From assembly GCA_963702845.1 (NCBI GenBank), contig OY969763.1:2944001-3008000 (forward strand): 64,000 bases of DNA, written 5' to 3'. The stretch is from an uncultured Verrucomicrobiae bacterium. GTDB taxonomy: Bacteria > Verrucomicrobiota > Verrucomicrobiia > Limisphaerales > Palsa-1400. Below, piece by piece: positions 50,608 through 60,861 of this stretch; the stretch's first letter is position 1, and every line of letters starts with the position of its first letter. Under the pieces are notes generated by a model. The model was not told where the DNA came from. It searched no databases and saw only the letters and a list, made by a program, of their open reading frames with translations. Both the position numbers and the translations under genes were made by a program.

Positions 50608-52221
50608 TTACAAACCGATCACGACGGCTTTCGTTTGTGTATAGAGATTGAGCACTTCGTGGCCCATTTCCCTGCCCCAGCCTGATTGCTTGTAGCCGCC
50701 GAATGGGAGCGCGGAATCGAATATGTTATAGCAATTGACCCATACGGTTCCCGCACGGAGAGCAGCGGCGATTTTGTGCGCTTTGGAAATATCGCGGGTC
50801 CAGACACCAGCAGCGAGACCGTAGTTTGTTTGATTGGCGCGAGGAAGAAGTTCTTCGGGATTGGTGAAAGGTTCGGCCACAACGACTGGTCCAAAGATTT
50901 CTTCGCGGACGACACTCATGGTTGGCTTCACGTCACGGATGACGGTGGGCTCGACGAAATAGCCTTTATCTCCCTTACGTTTTCCGCCGCTCAGGTAACA
51001 CGCGCCGTCGCGAAGGCCCTGGGCCATGAAGCCGGTAACGCGTTGAAGTTGTTCGGTCGAGACGAGCGGGCCCATTTCGGTGCTGGGATCAAGGCCGGGC
51101 CCGAGTTTAATTTTTTTGGCGCGTTGCGCGACACCGTCGACAACTTTGTCGAACACGTCTTTTTCGACGAGCAAGCGGGAACCGGCGCAGCAGCATTGGC
51201 CGTGGTTGAAGAAGATGGCGTTGGCAGCGCCTTGAATCGCCGCATCGAGATCGTTGACGTCTTTGAAAATGATGTTCGGAGATTTGCCGCCGAGTTCGAG
51301 GCTGACTTTTTTCAAATTACCGGCGGCAGCCCGAACGATGATTTTGCCGACTTCGGTTGAACCGGTGAATGCGATTTTGTCCACGTCCTCATTTGCAGCG
51401 AGCGCAGCACCGGCGGTTTCACCGAAACCAGTGACAACGTTGACGACGCCTTCGGGCAAGCCGGCTTCGAGTAAAATTTCAGCGAGACGCAATGCTGACA
51501 ACGGAGTTTGTTCGGCTGGTTTGAGCACGACGGTGTTTCCGGTGGTGAGCGCGGGACCGAGTTTCCACGCGGCCATCAGCAATGGGAAATTCCACGGGAT
51601 AATCTGGCCGACGACGCCGACGGGTTCGCGTTGGGTGAACGCGTGGAATTTCGCGCCGGGTGCGTAGAGGACACTGATGGGAATTGTGTTGCCTTCAATC
51701 TTGGTCGCCCAACCGGCCATGTAGTGGAACAGGTCGGCGGCGAGTGCGACATCGGCAACGCGGGCGACGGCACGAGGTTTGCCGTTGTCGAGCGATTCGA
51801 TTTCGGCCAGTTCATCGGCGTACTTCAAAATCAAATCGCCAATTTTCCAGATCACTTTGCCGCGTTCACTTGGGGTCGTTTTCGCCCATGGCCCTTCAAA
51901 GGCGCGGCGCGCGGCGCGAACAGCACGGCGGATATCTTCCCCTTCGCTGTCGGGCACATGCGAGAGCACAGAGCCATCGGCTGGATTGTATACTTCGAAT
52001 GTTTTGCTGGAAGCGGCCGGGACCCACTTGCCGTCAATTAAATTGTGTTTTGGTTTGCGCAACCAACTATTGACGTTTCGACTGGGGTGCAATTGAGACA
52101 TTTTACTCGACCCGTTGCCGTTACCATTTCCGTTTCCATTGCCGTTGGAGGAGACTTTTGCGTTGCGTGATACTATGGCGGAACTAACGATGGTCCGCCG
52201 GCGGTTAGCCGTGGTTTTCAT
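50608..52221 (-). CDS. NAD(P)-dependent aldehyde dehydrogenase
   Basis: IIPWNFP, KPAEQTP, FTGSTEVG, LELGGKSP, GQCCCAGSR, EEIFGPV, FGGYKQSG. Confidence 0.95.
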   Translation of the reverse strand: MKTTANRRRTIVSSAIVSRNAKVSSNGNGNGNGNGNGSSKMSQLHPSRNVNSWLRKPKHNLIDGKWVPAASSKTFEVYNPADGSVLSHVPDSEGEDIRRAVRAARRAFEGPWAKTTPSERGKVIWKIGDLILKYADELAEIESLDNGKPRAVARVADVALAADLFHYMAGWATKIEGNTIPISVLYAPGAKFHAFTQREPVGVVGQIIPWNFPLLMAAWKLGPALTTGNTVVLKPAEQTPLSALRLAEILLEAGLPEGVVNVVTGFGETAGAALAANEDVDKIAFTGSTEVGKIIVRAAAGNLKKVSLELGGKSPNIIFKDVNDLDAAIQGAANAIFFNHGQCCCAGSRLLVEKDVFDKVVDGVAQRAKKIKLGPGLDPSTEMGPLVSTEQLQRVTGFMAQGLRDGACYLSGGKRKGDKGYFVEPTVIRDVKPTMSVVREEIFGPVVVAEPFTNPEELLPRANQTNYGLAAGVWTRDISKAHKIAAALRAGTVWVNCYNIFDSALPFGGYKQSGWGREMGHEVLNLYTQTKAVVIGL

Positions 52222-52581
52222 GCGAGTAGTGATTTGGTGGTTCGGCGGGAACTTTAGACGTTTCCCAAGCATCGCACAATGGGAAATTGTCAGTTGTTTA
52301 GCGAAGCCACTCAACGAATTGCTGTCATCGAAAACACGGTGACAATTCAATGATTCGCGTCAAAGTGAGCGTGCAAACGCACATTTAGATTGAGATGCAT
52401 ATATCTAGACAAGATATAAGCGATTTGGCAGGCTCTTTGTAGCGCCAACGGAAGGAAACTAATGATGCTGCAGGCGCAAACGTAAACGATAAACAACAAC
52501 AGGCGAAGTCCTTAGCCCGAACCGACCTAGTGGCGGCCAACCAGCCCGACCAACGACGCCGAAGGGCAGCCGAGATAAATC

Positions 52582-53388
52582 ATGAAATCTTCATTCGCAA
52601 ACCTCAGCAACCGACTCGTGAAAGCTTTCACGCTGATCGAGTTGCTGGTTGTGATAGCGATCATTGCTATCCTCGCGTCCATGCTGTTACCCGCGCTAGC
52701 GCGTGCCAAAGCCGCGGCGCAGACCACGAAGTGCATCAATAACATGAAGCAGTGGGCTTTAGGTTTTAAGATGTATTCTGACGACAACAGAGATGTCGTC
52801 CCTGAAGAAGGTAACATTGGCTCGTTGATTAGTGATCCAGTAAATAATGGCGACGCCTGGTATAACGCCGTTCCTCCTACGACTGGGCTGAGAGCTTTAA
52901 GTAACATGTACGCTGGCGGCCAATATCCTGTGCCGAGTTCTCCCAGCATCTTTTCCTGTCCGGCGGCGGCAAACCCCCTTCCCACTAAGACACCGAGTAA
53001 AAGCTTCGCGTACTTTATGTATGGTGAAAACAATTGGCTTTGCGTAAACAAATCGACTGTCGCAGGAGGCGCATCCCAGACGAAATTTTCCACATTGCCC
53101 CGACCGTCTGCCACGATCCTTATGGCTGAAGTCGACGGTAATGATGCGACTCTACCGTCAACCTCCGGTGTTGCTCCGCAATATGCCATCGCACGGCACC
53201 CGCAAACCAATAGTACCTCCAGCAGGGGCGTTTTCTCGCTTGCTGACGGCCATGCAGCGGTCCTTAAGACGAACGAATTCCGGCACACAGGTGACTCTGT
53301 ATCGGCCGCTGCCGAATGGAACGCTACTGGGGGCGGATATACATCTTGGCCGGCCTACTGGTGGCCCACCCCCACGACACCTAATTAA
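52582..53388 (+). CDS. Prepilin-type N-terminal cleavage/methylation protein
   Basis: [25 protein letters not shown]...LADGH with lengthened spacer. Confidence 0.9.
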   Translation: MKSSFANLSNRLVKAFTLIELLVVIAIIAILASMLLPALARAKAAAQTTKCINNMKQWALGFKMYSDDNRDVVPEEGNIGSLISDPVNNGDAWYNAVPPTTGLRALSNMYAGGQYPVPSSPSIFSCPAAANPLPTKTPSKSFAYFMYGENNWLCVNKSTVAGGASQTKFSTLPRPSATILMAEVDGNDATLPSTSGVAPQYAIARHPQTNSTSSRGVFSLADGHAAVLKTNEFRHTGDSVSAAAEWNATGGGYTSWPAYWWPTPTTPN

Positions 53389-53409
53389 GCCCAAACGGCT
53401 GAGTCGTTT

Positions 53410-54375
53410 ATGATAGTTAGAGACCGAGTTATACTAATAACCAGAGTAACAATTTGTCTCGTTGCTGGTGTAATAAGCGCTCGCGCTTGGACGGATGAAG
53501 GACACCAGGCCGTTGGCGCGATTGGTGATTCGTTGATTCAAGGACACGTTGCGCAAAAGCACGTCCGGGAACTTCTCGGCACGGAAACGATGAGCACTGC
53601 TTCGACCTGGGCGGACCAGGCGAAGGGTTGGGGCGAGCAAACGGATGAGATGGAGCAGTTCCGAAACGCAAACCCGCATAACAGCCAATATCACTATACC
53701 GACATTCCATTTCAGGAATCGGCTTATAGCGAGAAGTCGGTCGGTGCGACAAACGTGGACGTGGTCCACGCCATTAATGCGTGCGTGCTGATTCTCCAAG
53801 GTAAGCCGGAGCAACAGAAGCTTTTCAACAACGTCAGCCCAAAAATCGCGCTGCGTTTATTGGTGCATTATGTCGGCGACATCCATCAACCATTGCATGT
53901 GGGTGCGGGTTATTTGAACGACAAAACGTGGGTCGATCCGAACAACTTCAAAGGTGCTCATGAAGACGACCAGGGCGGTAACCGGCTCATGTTGCACGGC
54001 GAAAAGCTGCATTTGTTTTGGGACATGGACGCGGTCAAAACCGCGATGACGAATGCACATGCAAGCACGCCACAGGAATACGGTGCTGCTCTACTCAAAC
54101 GACCGGCCCCAAAGTGGCAGACCAAAGGTGGCTTGCAGCAAGCGTCCGTCCAGTGGGCGACGCAGAGTCTTATAGCTTCAAAACCGGTACACGACTTGAA
54201 GGTGCTCAGTCATAAAGAAGTTAATGACCGCCGCGGCGCACATGGCGAATGGACAGTTGAACCGAAGCGTCCCGATTATACGCAGTTTGCTGCGAAGATG
54301 GTCGATCAACAGATTCTTCTCGGTGGCTATCGTTTGGCTTACGTTTTGGAAACGATTTGGCCGGATAAGAAATAG
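53410..54375 (+). CDS. S1/P1 nuclease
   Basis: Signal then W-x-x-x-GH, WAD, HY, HYVGDIHQPLH, GGN, LHLFWD. Confidence 0.93.
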   Translation: MIVRDRVILITRVTICLVAGVISARAWTDEGHQAVGAIGDSLIQGHVAQKHVRELLGTETMSTASTWADQAKGWGEQTDEMEQFRNANPHNSQYHYTDIPFQESAYSEKSVGATNVDVVHAINACVLILQGKPEQQKLFNNVSPKIALRLLVHYVGDIHQPLHVGAGYLNDKTWVDPNNFKGAHEDDQGGNRLMLHGEKLHLFWDMDAVKTAMTNAHASTPQEYGAALLKRPAPKWQTKGGLQQASVQWATQSLIASKPVHDLKVLSHKEVNDRRGAHGEWTVEPKRPDYTQFAAKMVDQQILLGGYRLAYVLETIWPDKK

Positions 54376-54447
54376 CACCCCGCTGAGCGGCTACTAATTC
54401 CGCAGAATTGCGAAACTGTCGAGACGAATTTCCTCTTGGATTTCTGA

Positions 54448-55749
54448 TTAAGCACTTCGATGCAGAGTCGGAATATCGAACACTACCTTCTCGTCGTGCA
54501 ACGCCCCATCGGCCGATAACGATTCTCCTGACCAGAGCCGTTGTTGAGTCCATTTCGTTGGTGGATCGCTCCAGAATTTATTCGCGGGAGATAAGCCAAG
54601 CGCAAGCAGTCCGACACTGCACAAATACAAGCTACCAGTTGAAATATACGCCTCGCCGAGTGCAGGTTGATGACCGCAAAAACCAACACGCAACCAGCCG
54701 TTTTCGTCGAAGGTGTGCGGGGCTTCGATCATACGACGGATAATTGCCGTCAACGCGCAGCGGACTTGCGCGGGTGAAACGCCGTCGGGCAACGTTTCCA
54801 TGAGCGCCATTTGGGCGAGACATTGGTATGCGCCAAATCGGTAGGTTGTGGAACGACCCAGTGACGGAAACGTGCCATCGGGTGCAATGAGGCGTTCCTG
54901 AACTTGCGCGAAGCGACGGGCACGGCCAAGCACGGCGTTGAAGGCCGGTTCGTAACGTGAATCATGATGGCGAAGCAGGTTCAGAATATCCACTAGCGCA
55001 GGCTGAATGACGAAGCTGTTGTAGTAATCGAACCGGAAATATTCACCATCGCTGTAAGCGCCATCACCGCGATACCAGGTGAGCATTTCGCGAAGGTAAT
55101 TTTCGAGGCGCGATTCCAAGGTCGGTTGTCCGACTTTGAACAATGCGGCTTCGACAAGCGCCGAGAAAAGAATGTGGTTATTCGGCCCGGGCACGCGGAC
55201 GCGGCTGGCTTTCAACGCGGCAATCACCTGCCCTTTCACGCGCGGGTCGAGAGGTTCCCAAAGCGTCTTCGGCGCACGCAGAAACGCTTGCGACAAAAAA
55301 GCAGTGTCGACCAGAGGTTGACCGCCGTCGGTGAAATTCATGAAGTCGGGCGACTTTGGATCTGTGGCGGCATCTATTCCGACGCGCGCCAACTCAGCGA
55401 ACTTCTGCTGCAACGCCAATTCCGGGCCGGTGAGCTTGGGGAGTTCCAGCCACGGGGCGATTCCGAAAAGAAGGCGTCCTAAGGCCTCCAGATGTGTGCA
55501 GTGACTGGCGCGAGCGATCGAGCCATTGCCCTCTATCGGCATTTTGGCTTTGAGTTCGTGCCGGGCAAGATTCACGAGAATCGGGGTGCCGAGTTTTTCG
55601 ACTACTTTAAGCCAGTATTTGCGATCGTTGCTCGAATCAGATTTACTGAATTCAAACTGCCGGCCCGCCGTAGCTGCTGCTTGAGATGCAGGTAAAGCTG
55701 CGACGGTTGTAACCGCAATCGTTTTCAGGAATTGGCGTCGATCAGTCAT
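54448..55749 (-). CDS. DUF2264 family protein, Tat signal
   Basis: DRRQFL; HLEALGRL..GIAPWLE; QPLVD; DYYNSFVI; GRSTTYRFG; YISTGSLYLC. Confidence 0.88.
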   Translation of the reverse strand: MTDRRQFLKTIAVTTVAALPASQAAATAGRQFEFSKSDSSNDRKYWLKVVEKLGTPILVNLARHELKAKMPIEGNGSIARASHCTHLEALGRLLFGIAPWLELPKLTGPELALQQKFAELARVGIDAATDPKSPDFMNFTDGGQPLVDTAFLSQAFLRAPKTLWEPLDPRVKGQVIAALKASRVRVPGPNNHILFSALVEAALFKVGQPTLESRLENYLREMLTWYRGDGAYSDGEYFRFDYYNSFVIQPALVDILNLLRHHDSRYEPAFNAVLGRARRFAQVQERLIAPDGTFPSLGRSTTYRFGAYQCLAQMALMETLPDGVSPAQVRCALTAIIRRMIEAPHTFDENGWLRVGFCGHQPALGEAYISTGSLYLCSVGLLALGLSPANKFWSDPPTKWTQQRLWSGESLSADGALHDEKVVFDIPTLHRSA

Positions 55750-55768
55750 ACAAGTTGGACTTCAAGTC

Positions 55769-58700
55769 TCATTTGGCGAGGACGATTTCACGTTCCACTA
55801 AATTATCACCATTTATCGCAAGTGAAGGTTTGATCGCCGCGAGTTTTTCGTAAAACGCGTAACGGTCCTTGATCGCGGCTTGCGCGTGCATCAGCAGTTG
55901 TTTCGCTGTCTTCGGGTCTTTCGAGGAAAGGACCTGGAAGCGGGTTTCCGCAGCCCAGAATTTTTCCAGCGGCGATTTCGGAGCAGGCGAGTCGAGCTTC
56001 AATGCAGGTTCACCGGCTGCAGCCCGGCGTGGGTCAAACCGATACAACGGCCAATAACCGGTGTCGACCGCGAGTTTCTGTTGATCAAGGCTGTGACCTA
56101 AACCGTAGCCGTGCGCGATGCATGGACTGTAAGCAATGATGAGCGAGGTGCCGCGATGTGATTCGGCTTCTTCGAAGGCTTTGATGGCCTGATTGTCTTT
56201 CGCGCCCATCGCAATCTGCGCGACGTAAGCCGAGCCGTAAGTCATGGCGATTAGACCGAGGTCTTTCTTACTTTGACGTTTGCCGCCCGCGGCGAATTTT
56301 GCAGCTGCACCAATAGGTGTCGACTTCGAGCTTTGGCCACCGGTGTTGGAGTAAACTTCCGTGTCGAGCACGAGAATGTTCACGTCGATGTTCGAAGCGA
56401 TCACGTGATCAAGGCCGCCAAACCCAATGTCGTAGGCCCAACCGTCACCACCAAGAATCCAAACGGATTTGCGGACCAACAAGTCGGCCAAGGCGTAGAG
56501 ACGTGAGGCATCAAGCGAGCTGTCGTTTTGCAAGCGTTGCTTCAACTCACCGATGCGAGCGCGTTGTTGCGCGATTTCGGCTTCGTTCGCTTGCGTCGCG
56601 TTCAAGAGTTCATCAATGAATGAATCGCCAAATTTCGGAGCAAAGCCCTTGAGGAGCAGGCGCGCGAGGTCCGTTTGTTTATCAACGCCGATGCGTTGTC
56701 CGAGGCCATACTCAGCGTTGTCTTCGAACAGGGAGTTGGACCAGGCGGGACCGCGGCCTTCGCAGTTCGTGGTGTAAGGCGTGGTCGGGAGATTGCCGCC
56801 ATAAATGGACGAGCAGCCAGTCGCGTTTGCGATGATCAAGCGGTCACCGTACATTTGCGTAAGCAATTTTACATATGGGGTTTCGCCGCAACCTGAGCAC
56901 GCACCGGAGAACTCGAACAGAGGCTCCATGAATTGAGTCGATTTAACTTCGCCGACGAGCGACGTGCGCGGCGGGTTCGGCAGTTCGAGGAAGAACTTAA
57001 AGTTTTTGCTCTCCTGCTCGCACAGCGGCGCCATAGGCACCATGTTCAACGCTTTCTTTTTCGGATCGGCTTTCGATTTGACCGGGCAAATTTCGAAACA
57101 CAACGTGCAACCGGTGCAATCTTCGGGTGCGACTTGTAATGAATATTTCGAACCTTTGTGTTCGTTTGAACGGAAGTCGACGGCTTTAAAAGTTGCGGGC
57201 GCTTCGCTGAGATGCGCTGGGTTATACCATTTTGCGCGACTGGCGGCATGGGGACAGATGAGCACGCACTTGTTGCATTGGATGCAAATCGAGGGATCCC
57301 ATTCCGGAATATCCAGAGCGATGGTGCGCTTCTCCCATTTTGTCGTGCCGGACGGCCAACTGCCATCTGGAGTGAATACGCTGACCGGCAATTGATCGCC
57401 CTTATTAGCGAGCATCATGCCGGTGATGCGTTGGACGAAGTCCGGCGCTTCGGGGGCGACCGTCGCGAGCTTGTGATGCGTGGCGGTTGGTGTAGCGGGA
57501 ATCTGCACCTGATGCAAACCGGCTAGCGTTTGGTCAACGGCCGCAAAGTTCTTTTCCACGACTGCGTCGCCCTTTTTCGCATAGGTTTTGCGAATGGCCT
57601 TTTTAATTTGCTCGATGGCTTCTTCGCGAGGCAACACGCCGGAGATGGCGAAGAAACAGGTCTGCATGATCGTATTAATGCGCCCGCCTATTCCGGCCTG
57701 GCGCGCGACTTTGTAGGCGTCGATCGTGAAGACTTTCAGCTTCTTTGCGATGATCTGTTCCTGCACCTCACGAGGGAACCGATCCCAGATTCTGTCCGGA
57801 GCAAACGTTGAGTTCACCAGGAACACGCCATTTTGATCGGCGCATTCAAGGACATCGTAGCGATCGAGAAACTGCCATTGGTGGCAGGCGACGAAATTGG
57901 CGTGGCGGATGAGGTAAGGAGCATTAATCTCGCGCGGACCAAACCGCAAATGTGAGATCGTGACCGCGCCGGATTTCTTGGAGTCGTAAACGAAATAACC
58001 TTGGGCGAAGTTGTCGGTTTCGCCGCCGATGATCTTGATCGAGTTTTTGTTGGCGCCGACCGTCCCGTCCGCACCAAGTCCGAAGAAAATAGCCCGGACC
58101 GTGTCTGGCGATTCAATATCGAAATCCGCTTCATAGGATAGCGAAAGGCGCGTGACGTCGTCGTTGATCCCAATGGTGAAATGGTTTTTCGGTTTACATT
58201 TCTTGAGTTCGTCAAAGACGGCTTTCGCCATCGCAGGAGTAAATTCCTTCGAAGACAATCCATAGCGACCGCCCACGACTTGAACGGTAACGTCAAACGA
58301 AGCAAGGCCTTCGTCGCTTCCCTCTTGCAGCGCCGTGACAACGTCCTGGTAAAGCGGTTCGCCGACAGCGCCCGGTTCTTTCGTGCGGTCGAGCACAGCG
58401 ATTTTGCGAGTGGTGGCGGGAAGAGCGGCAATGAAATTTTCAATCGAAAACGGCCGGAAGAGGCGCACTTTCAAGACGCCGACTTTTTCACCGTGCTCGT
58501 TCAACCATTTGACCGTTTCAGCAACCGTTTCGCCACCCGAACCCATAACGATGACAACCCGTTCCGCTTGAGGATGGCCGGCGTAATCGAACAACCGATA
58601 CTGTCGTCCAGAGAGGCTCGCAAATAGATCCATCTGCTCCTGCACAATGTTTGGCGTGCGATCGTAGAAGCGGTTTGCCGCTTCGCGCGCCTGGAAGAAG

Positions 58701-59389
58701 ACATCGGGATTTTGCGCGGTGCCACGGATCGATGGGCGATCCGGCGACAAACCGTTCATGCGGAATGCTTGCACCAACTCGTGCGGAATCATCTGACGCA
58801 ACTCTTCATCGCCGAGCAGTTTGATTTTACCAAGTTCGTGCGAAGTGCGGAACCCGTCAAAAAAGTGAACGAAAGGAATTCGCGAGTGCAGCGTGGAAGC
58901 GTGCGATATCGCGGCGAGATCTTGTGCTTCCTGAACCGAAGCTGACGACAGCATCCCCCAGCCGGTTTGACGGCATGCCATGACGTCGGAGTGATCGCCG
59001 AAAATTGAAAGAGCATGTGTCGCGATCGTGCGAGCCGTTACGTGCATGCAGCACGGAAGCAGTTCACCGGCGATCTTATACATGTTCGGAATCATCAGCA
59101 GCAGACCTTGCGAGGCGGTGAACGTCGTGCTGAATGAACCGACCTGGAGCATGCCGTGCAAAGCCCCGGCAGCACCGGCTTCCGATTGCATTTCCACGAC
59201 GTGCGGCACCGTCCCGAAAAGATTCTTGCGCCCTTCCGATGACCATTCGTCGCAGGATTCAGCCATCGGCGAAGATGGTGTAATCGGATAAATTGCAATC
59301 GTCTCGGTCACACGATAGGCCACGGAAGCTGCCGCCTCATTCGCATCGACGGTTGCAAAAATAGTTTCGGGTTCAGTGGTTGTTTTCAT
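55769..59389 (-). CDS. nifJ: Pyruvate:ferredoxin/flavodoxin oxidoreductase
   Basis: IYPITPSS, MQSEAGAAG, GLGADGTVGANKNS, two CxxCxxCxxxCP motifs, FEFSGACSGCGETPY, GGDGWAYDIG. Confidence 0.97.
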   Translation of the reverse strand: MKTTTEPETIFATVDANEAAASVAYRVTETIAIYPITPSSPMAESCDEWSSEGRKNLFGTVPHVVEMQSEAGAAGALHGMLQVGSFSTTFTASQGLLLMIPNMYKIAGELLPCCMHVTARTIATHALSIFGDHSDVMACRQTGWGMLSSASVQEAQDLAAISHASTLHSRIPFVHFFDGFRTSHELGKIKLLGDEELRQMIPHELVQAFRMNGLSPDRPSIRGTAQNPDVFFQAREAANRFYDRTPNIVQEQMDLFASLSGRQYRLFDYAGHPQAERVVIVMGSGGETVAETVKWLNEHGEKVGVLKVRLFRPFSIENFIAALPATTRKIAVLDRTKEPGAVGEPLYQDVVTALQEGSDEGLASFDVTVQVVGGRYGLSSKEFTPAMAKAVFDELKKCKPKNHFTIGINDDVTRLSLSYEADFDIESPDTVRAIFFGLGADGTVGANKNSIKIIGGETDNFAQGYFVYDSKKSGAVTISHLRFGPREINAPYLIRHANFVACHQWQFLDRYDVLECADQNGVFLVNSTFAPDRIWDRFPREVQEQIIAKKLKVFTIDAYKVARQAGIGGRINTIMQTCFFAISGVLPREEAIEQIKKAIRKTYAKKGDAVVEKNFAAVDQTLAGLHQVQIPATPTATHHKLATVAPEAPDFVQRITGMMLANKGDQLPVSVFTPDGSWPSGTTKWEKRTIALDIPEWDPSICIQCNKCVLICPHAASRAKWYNPAHLSEAPATFKAVDFRSNEHKGSKYSLQVAPEDCTGCTLCFEICPVKSKADPKKKALNMVPMAPLCEQESKNFKFFLELPNPPRTSLVGEVKSTQFMEPLFEFSGACSGCGETPYVKLLTQMYGDRLIIANATGCSSIYGGNLPTTPYTTNCEGRGPAWSNSLFEDNAEYGLGQRIGVDKQTDLARLLLKGFAPKFGDSFIDELLNATQANEAEIAQQRARIGELKQRLQNDSSLDASRLYALADLLVRKSVWILGGDGWAYDIGFGGLDHVIASNIDVNILVLDTEVYSNTGGQSSKSTPIGAAAKFAAGGKRQSKKDLGLIAMTYGSAYVAQIAMGAKDNQAIKAFEEAESHRGTSLIIAYSPCIAHGYGLGHSLDQQKLAVDTGYWPLYRFDPRRAAAGEPALKLDSPAPKSPLEKFWAAETRFQVLSSKDPKTAKQLLMHAQAAIKDRYAFYEKLAAIKPSLAINGDNLVEREIVLAK

Positions 59390-60861
59390 AGACGAGAGGC
59401 AATCAAGCTCAATCCCGAGCCAAGGTTGTTAAGGAGTAATCCGGGGACGCAGCCCAAAAGGACCACAACAATCGCCAGCGTGACGACGGCAAAAGTTGCA
59501 GGGGCGTTAACCTGCAACGGTTTGACGCCAGGCTTCGCGGGGATAACGTAAATCTGTTTGAGAACTTGAAGATAATAATAGAGCGAGATCGCGCTGGTTG
59601 CCGCACCGAGCACCACAAGCCACAGCGGACGTAAGTGTTCAGGGCCAGAAAGCGCGGCGGTAAACACGTAAAATTTTCCAAAGAAGCCGGAGAGCGGCGG
59701 TATTCCGGCAAGCGACAGCAGAAAAATTAACATGCACATGGAGAGCACTGGCGCACGGCGACTCAATCCAGCAAAGGCGCTCAAGTTATCGCGGTTCCCG
59801 TCATTCTCGACCAACGAAACGATGCCGAACGCGCCGAGGACCGTGAGGGAATACGTGATGACGAAAAACAAAAGCGCGCTGATCGCGCGCGATTCACCGG
59901 ACCAGAATGCGAGCAACGCGTAGCCGGCGTTAGCGATAGCCGAATAGGCGAGCAATCGTTTGACACGGGTTTGCGCGATCGCGGCGATGCTTCCCAGCAC
60001 CATGGAAAGCGCAGCGAGAACGGCGAGGACTTGTGTCCATCCCGCTGCACCGTCAATGCCACGTTGAGGAGCGAGACCAACGAGCAACACGCGAGCAAGG
60101 ACGAAGAAGCTGGCGACTTTTGAGGCTGACGCTATGAACGAGGCAATGGGTGTCGGTGCAGCCTCATACACATCGGGAGCCCAAAGGTGAAATGGCGCGG
60201 CTGCGATTTTGAAAGCAAAACCCGTGATCGTCAGAACGAGCGCGAGATAGTGCAGCGGTTCAAGCGCGTGTGCTTGAAGTGATGTAGAAACGACGTCCAG
60301 ATCAAGGCTGCCGGTCAAACCATACAGCAAACTGATGCCGTATAACATGAAAGCGGCGGCAGTGCCGCCGAACAGAAAATATTTTAATCCGGCTTCCGCC
60401 GAGGCCGCGCTCGACTTGTTCAGCGCAGTCATCGCATAAAGCGAAAGACTTACCAATTCAATCGCCACAAAGATCATCAGCAGGTTGTTCGAGCTTATAA
60501 GCAGCATCAACCCCGTAGCAGCCAGGAGCAGCAGCGCGTGATATTCGCCAACGTGCCTGGTAAACTTGGCATCGCATGAAATCAACGCAGTGAAGATGGT
60601 CAGTCCAAGCAGCACGATTTTGAGCAACGGCCCAACCGAAGGTAAGTCGACCATGGCAAACGATTTGGCGGTTCCACCTTTGGCGGCACAAACGATTCCG
60701 ATCAAGCAACCAACTATGGTCAATGCAGAGATAATTCGCGACCGCAGTGCAATTGGCTTTTGTCGAAGAATCGAGACATCGACGAACAGCACCGCTAACG
60801 CGGAAATCGCGATGACAATTTCAGGCAGTAGTAAGGTGAACAAATTTGCCGCCCCACTCAT
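59386..60861 (-). CDS. nuoN: Complex I antiporter-like subunit N
   Basis: IELVSLSLY, EAGLKYF, FKIAAAPFHLWAPDVY, SLAGIPPLSGFFGK. Confidence 0.92.
   Translation of the reverse strand: MSGAANLFTLLLPEIVIAISALAVLFVDVSILRQKPIALRSRIISALTIVGCLIGIVCAAKGGTAKSFAMVDLPSVGPLLKIVLLGLTIFTALISCDAKFTRHVGEYHALLLLAATGLMLLISSNNLLMIFVAIELVSLSLYAMTALNKSSAASAEAGLKYFLFGGTAAAFMLYGISLLYGLTGSLDLDVVSTSLQAHALEPLHYLALVLTITGFAFKIAAAPFHLWAPDVYEAAPTPIASFIASASKVASFFVLARVLLVGLAPQRGIDGAAGWTQVLAVLAALSMVLGSIAAIAQTRVKRLLAYSAIANAGYALLAFWSGESRAISALLFFVITYSLTVLGAFGIVSLVENDGNRDNLSAFAGLSRRAPVLSMCMLIFLLSLAGIPPLSGFFGKFYVFTAALSGPEHLRPLWLVVLGAATSAISLYYYLQVLKQIYVIPAKPGVKPLQVNAPATFAVVTLAIVVVLLGCVPGLLLNNLGSGLSLIASRL

Noticed and set aside
52582..54375. 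Pilin-like gene plus S1/P1 nuclease as a DNA-uptake system
   Set aside because: Adjacency only; H-X9-DG genes occur beside many unrelated genes and no competence genes are present
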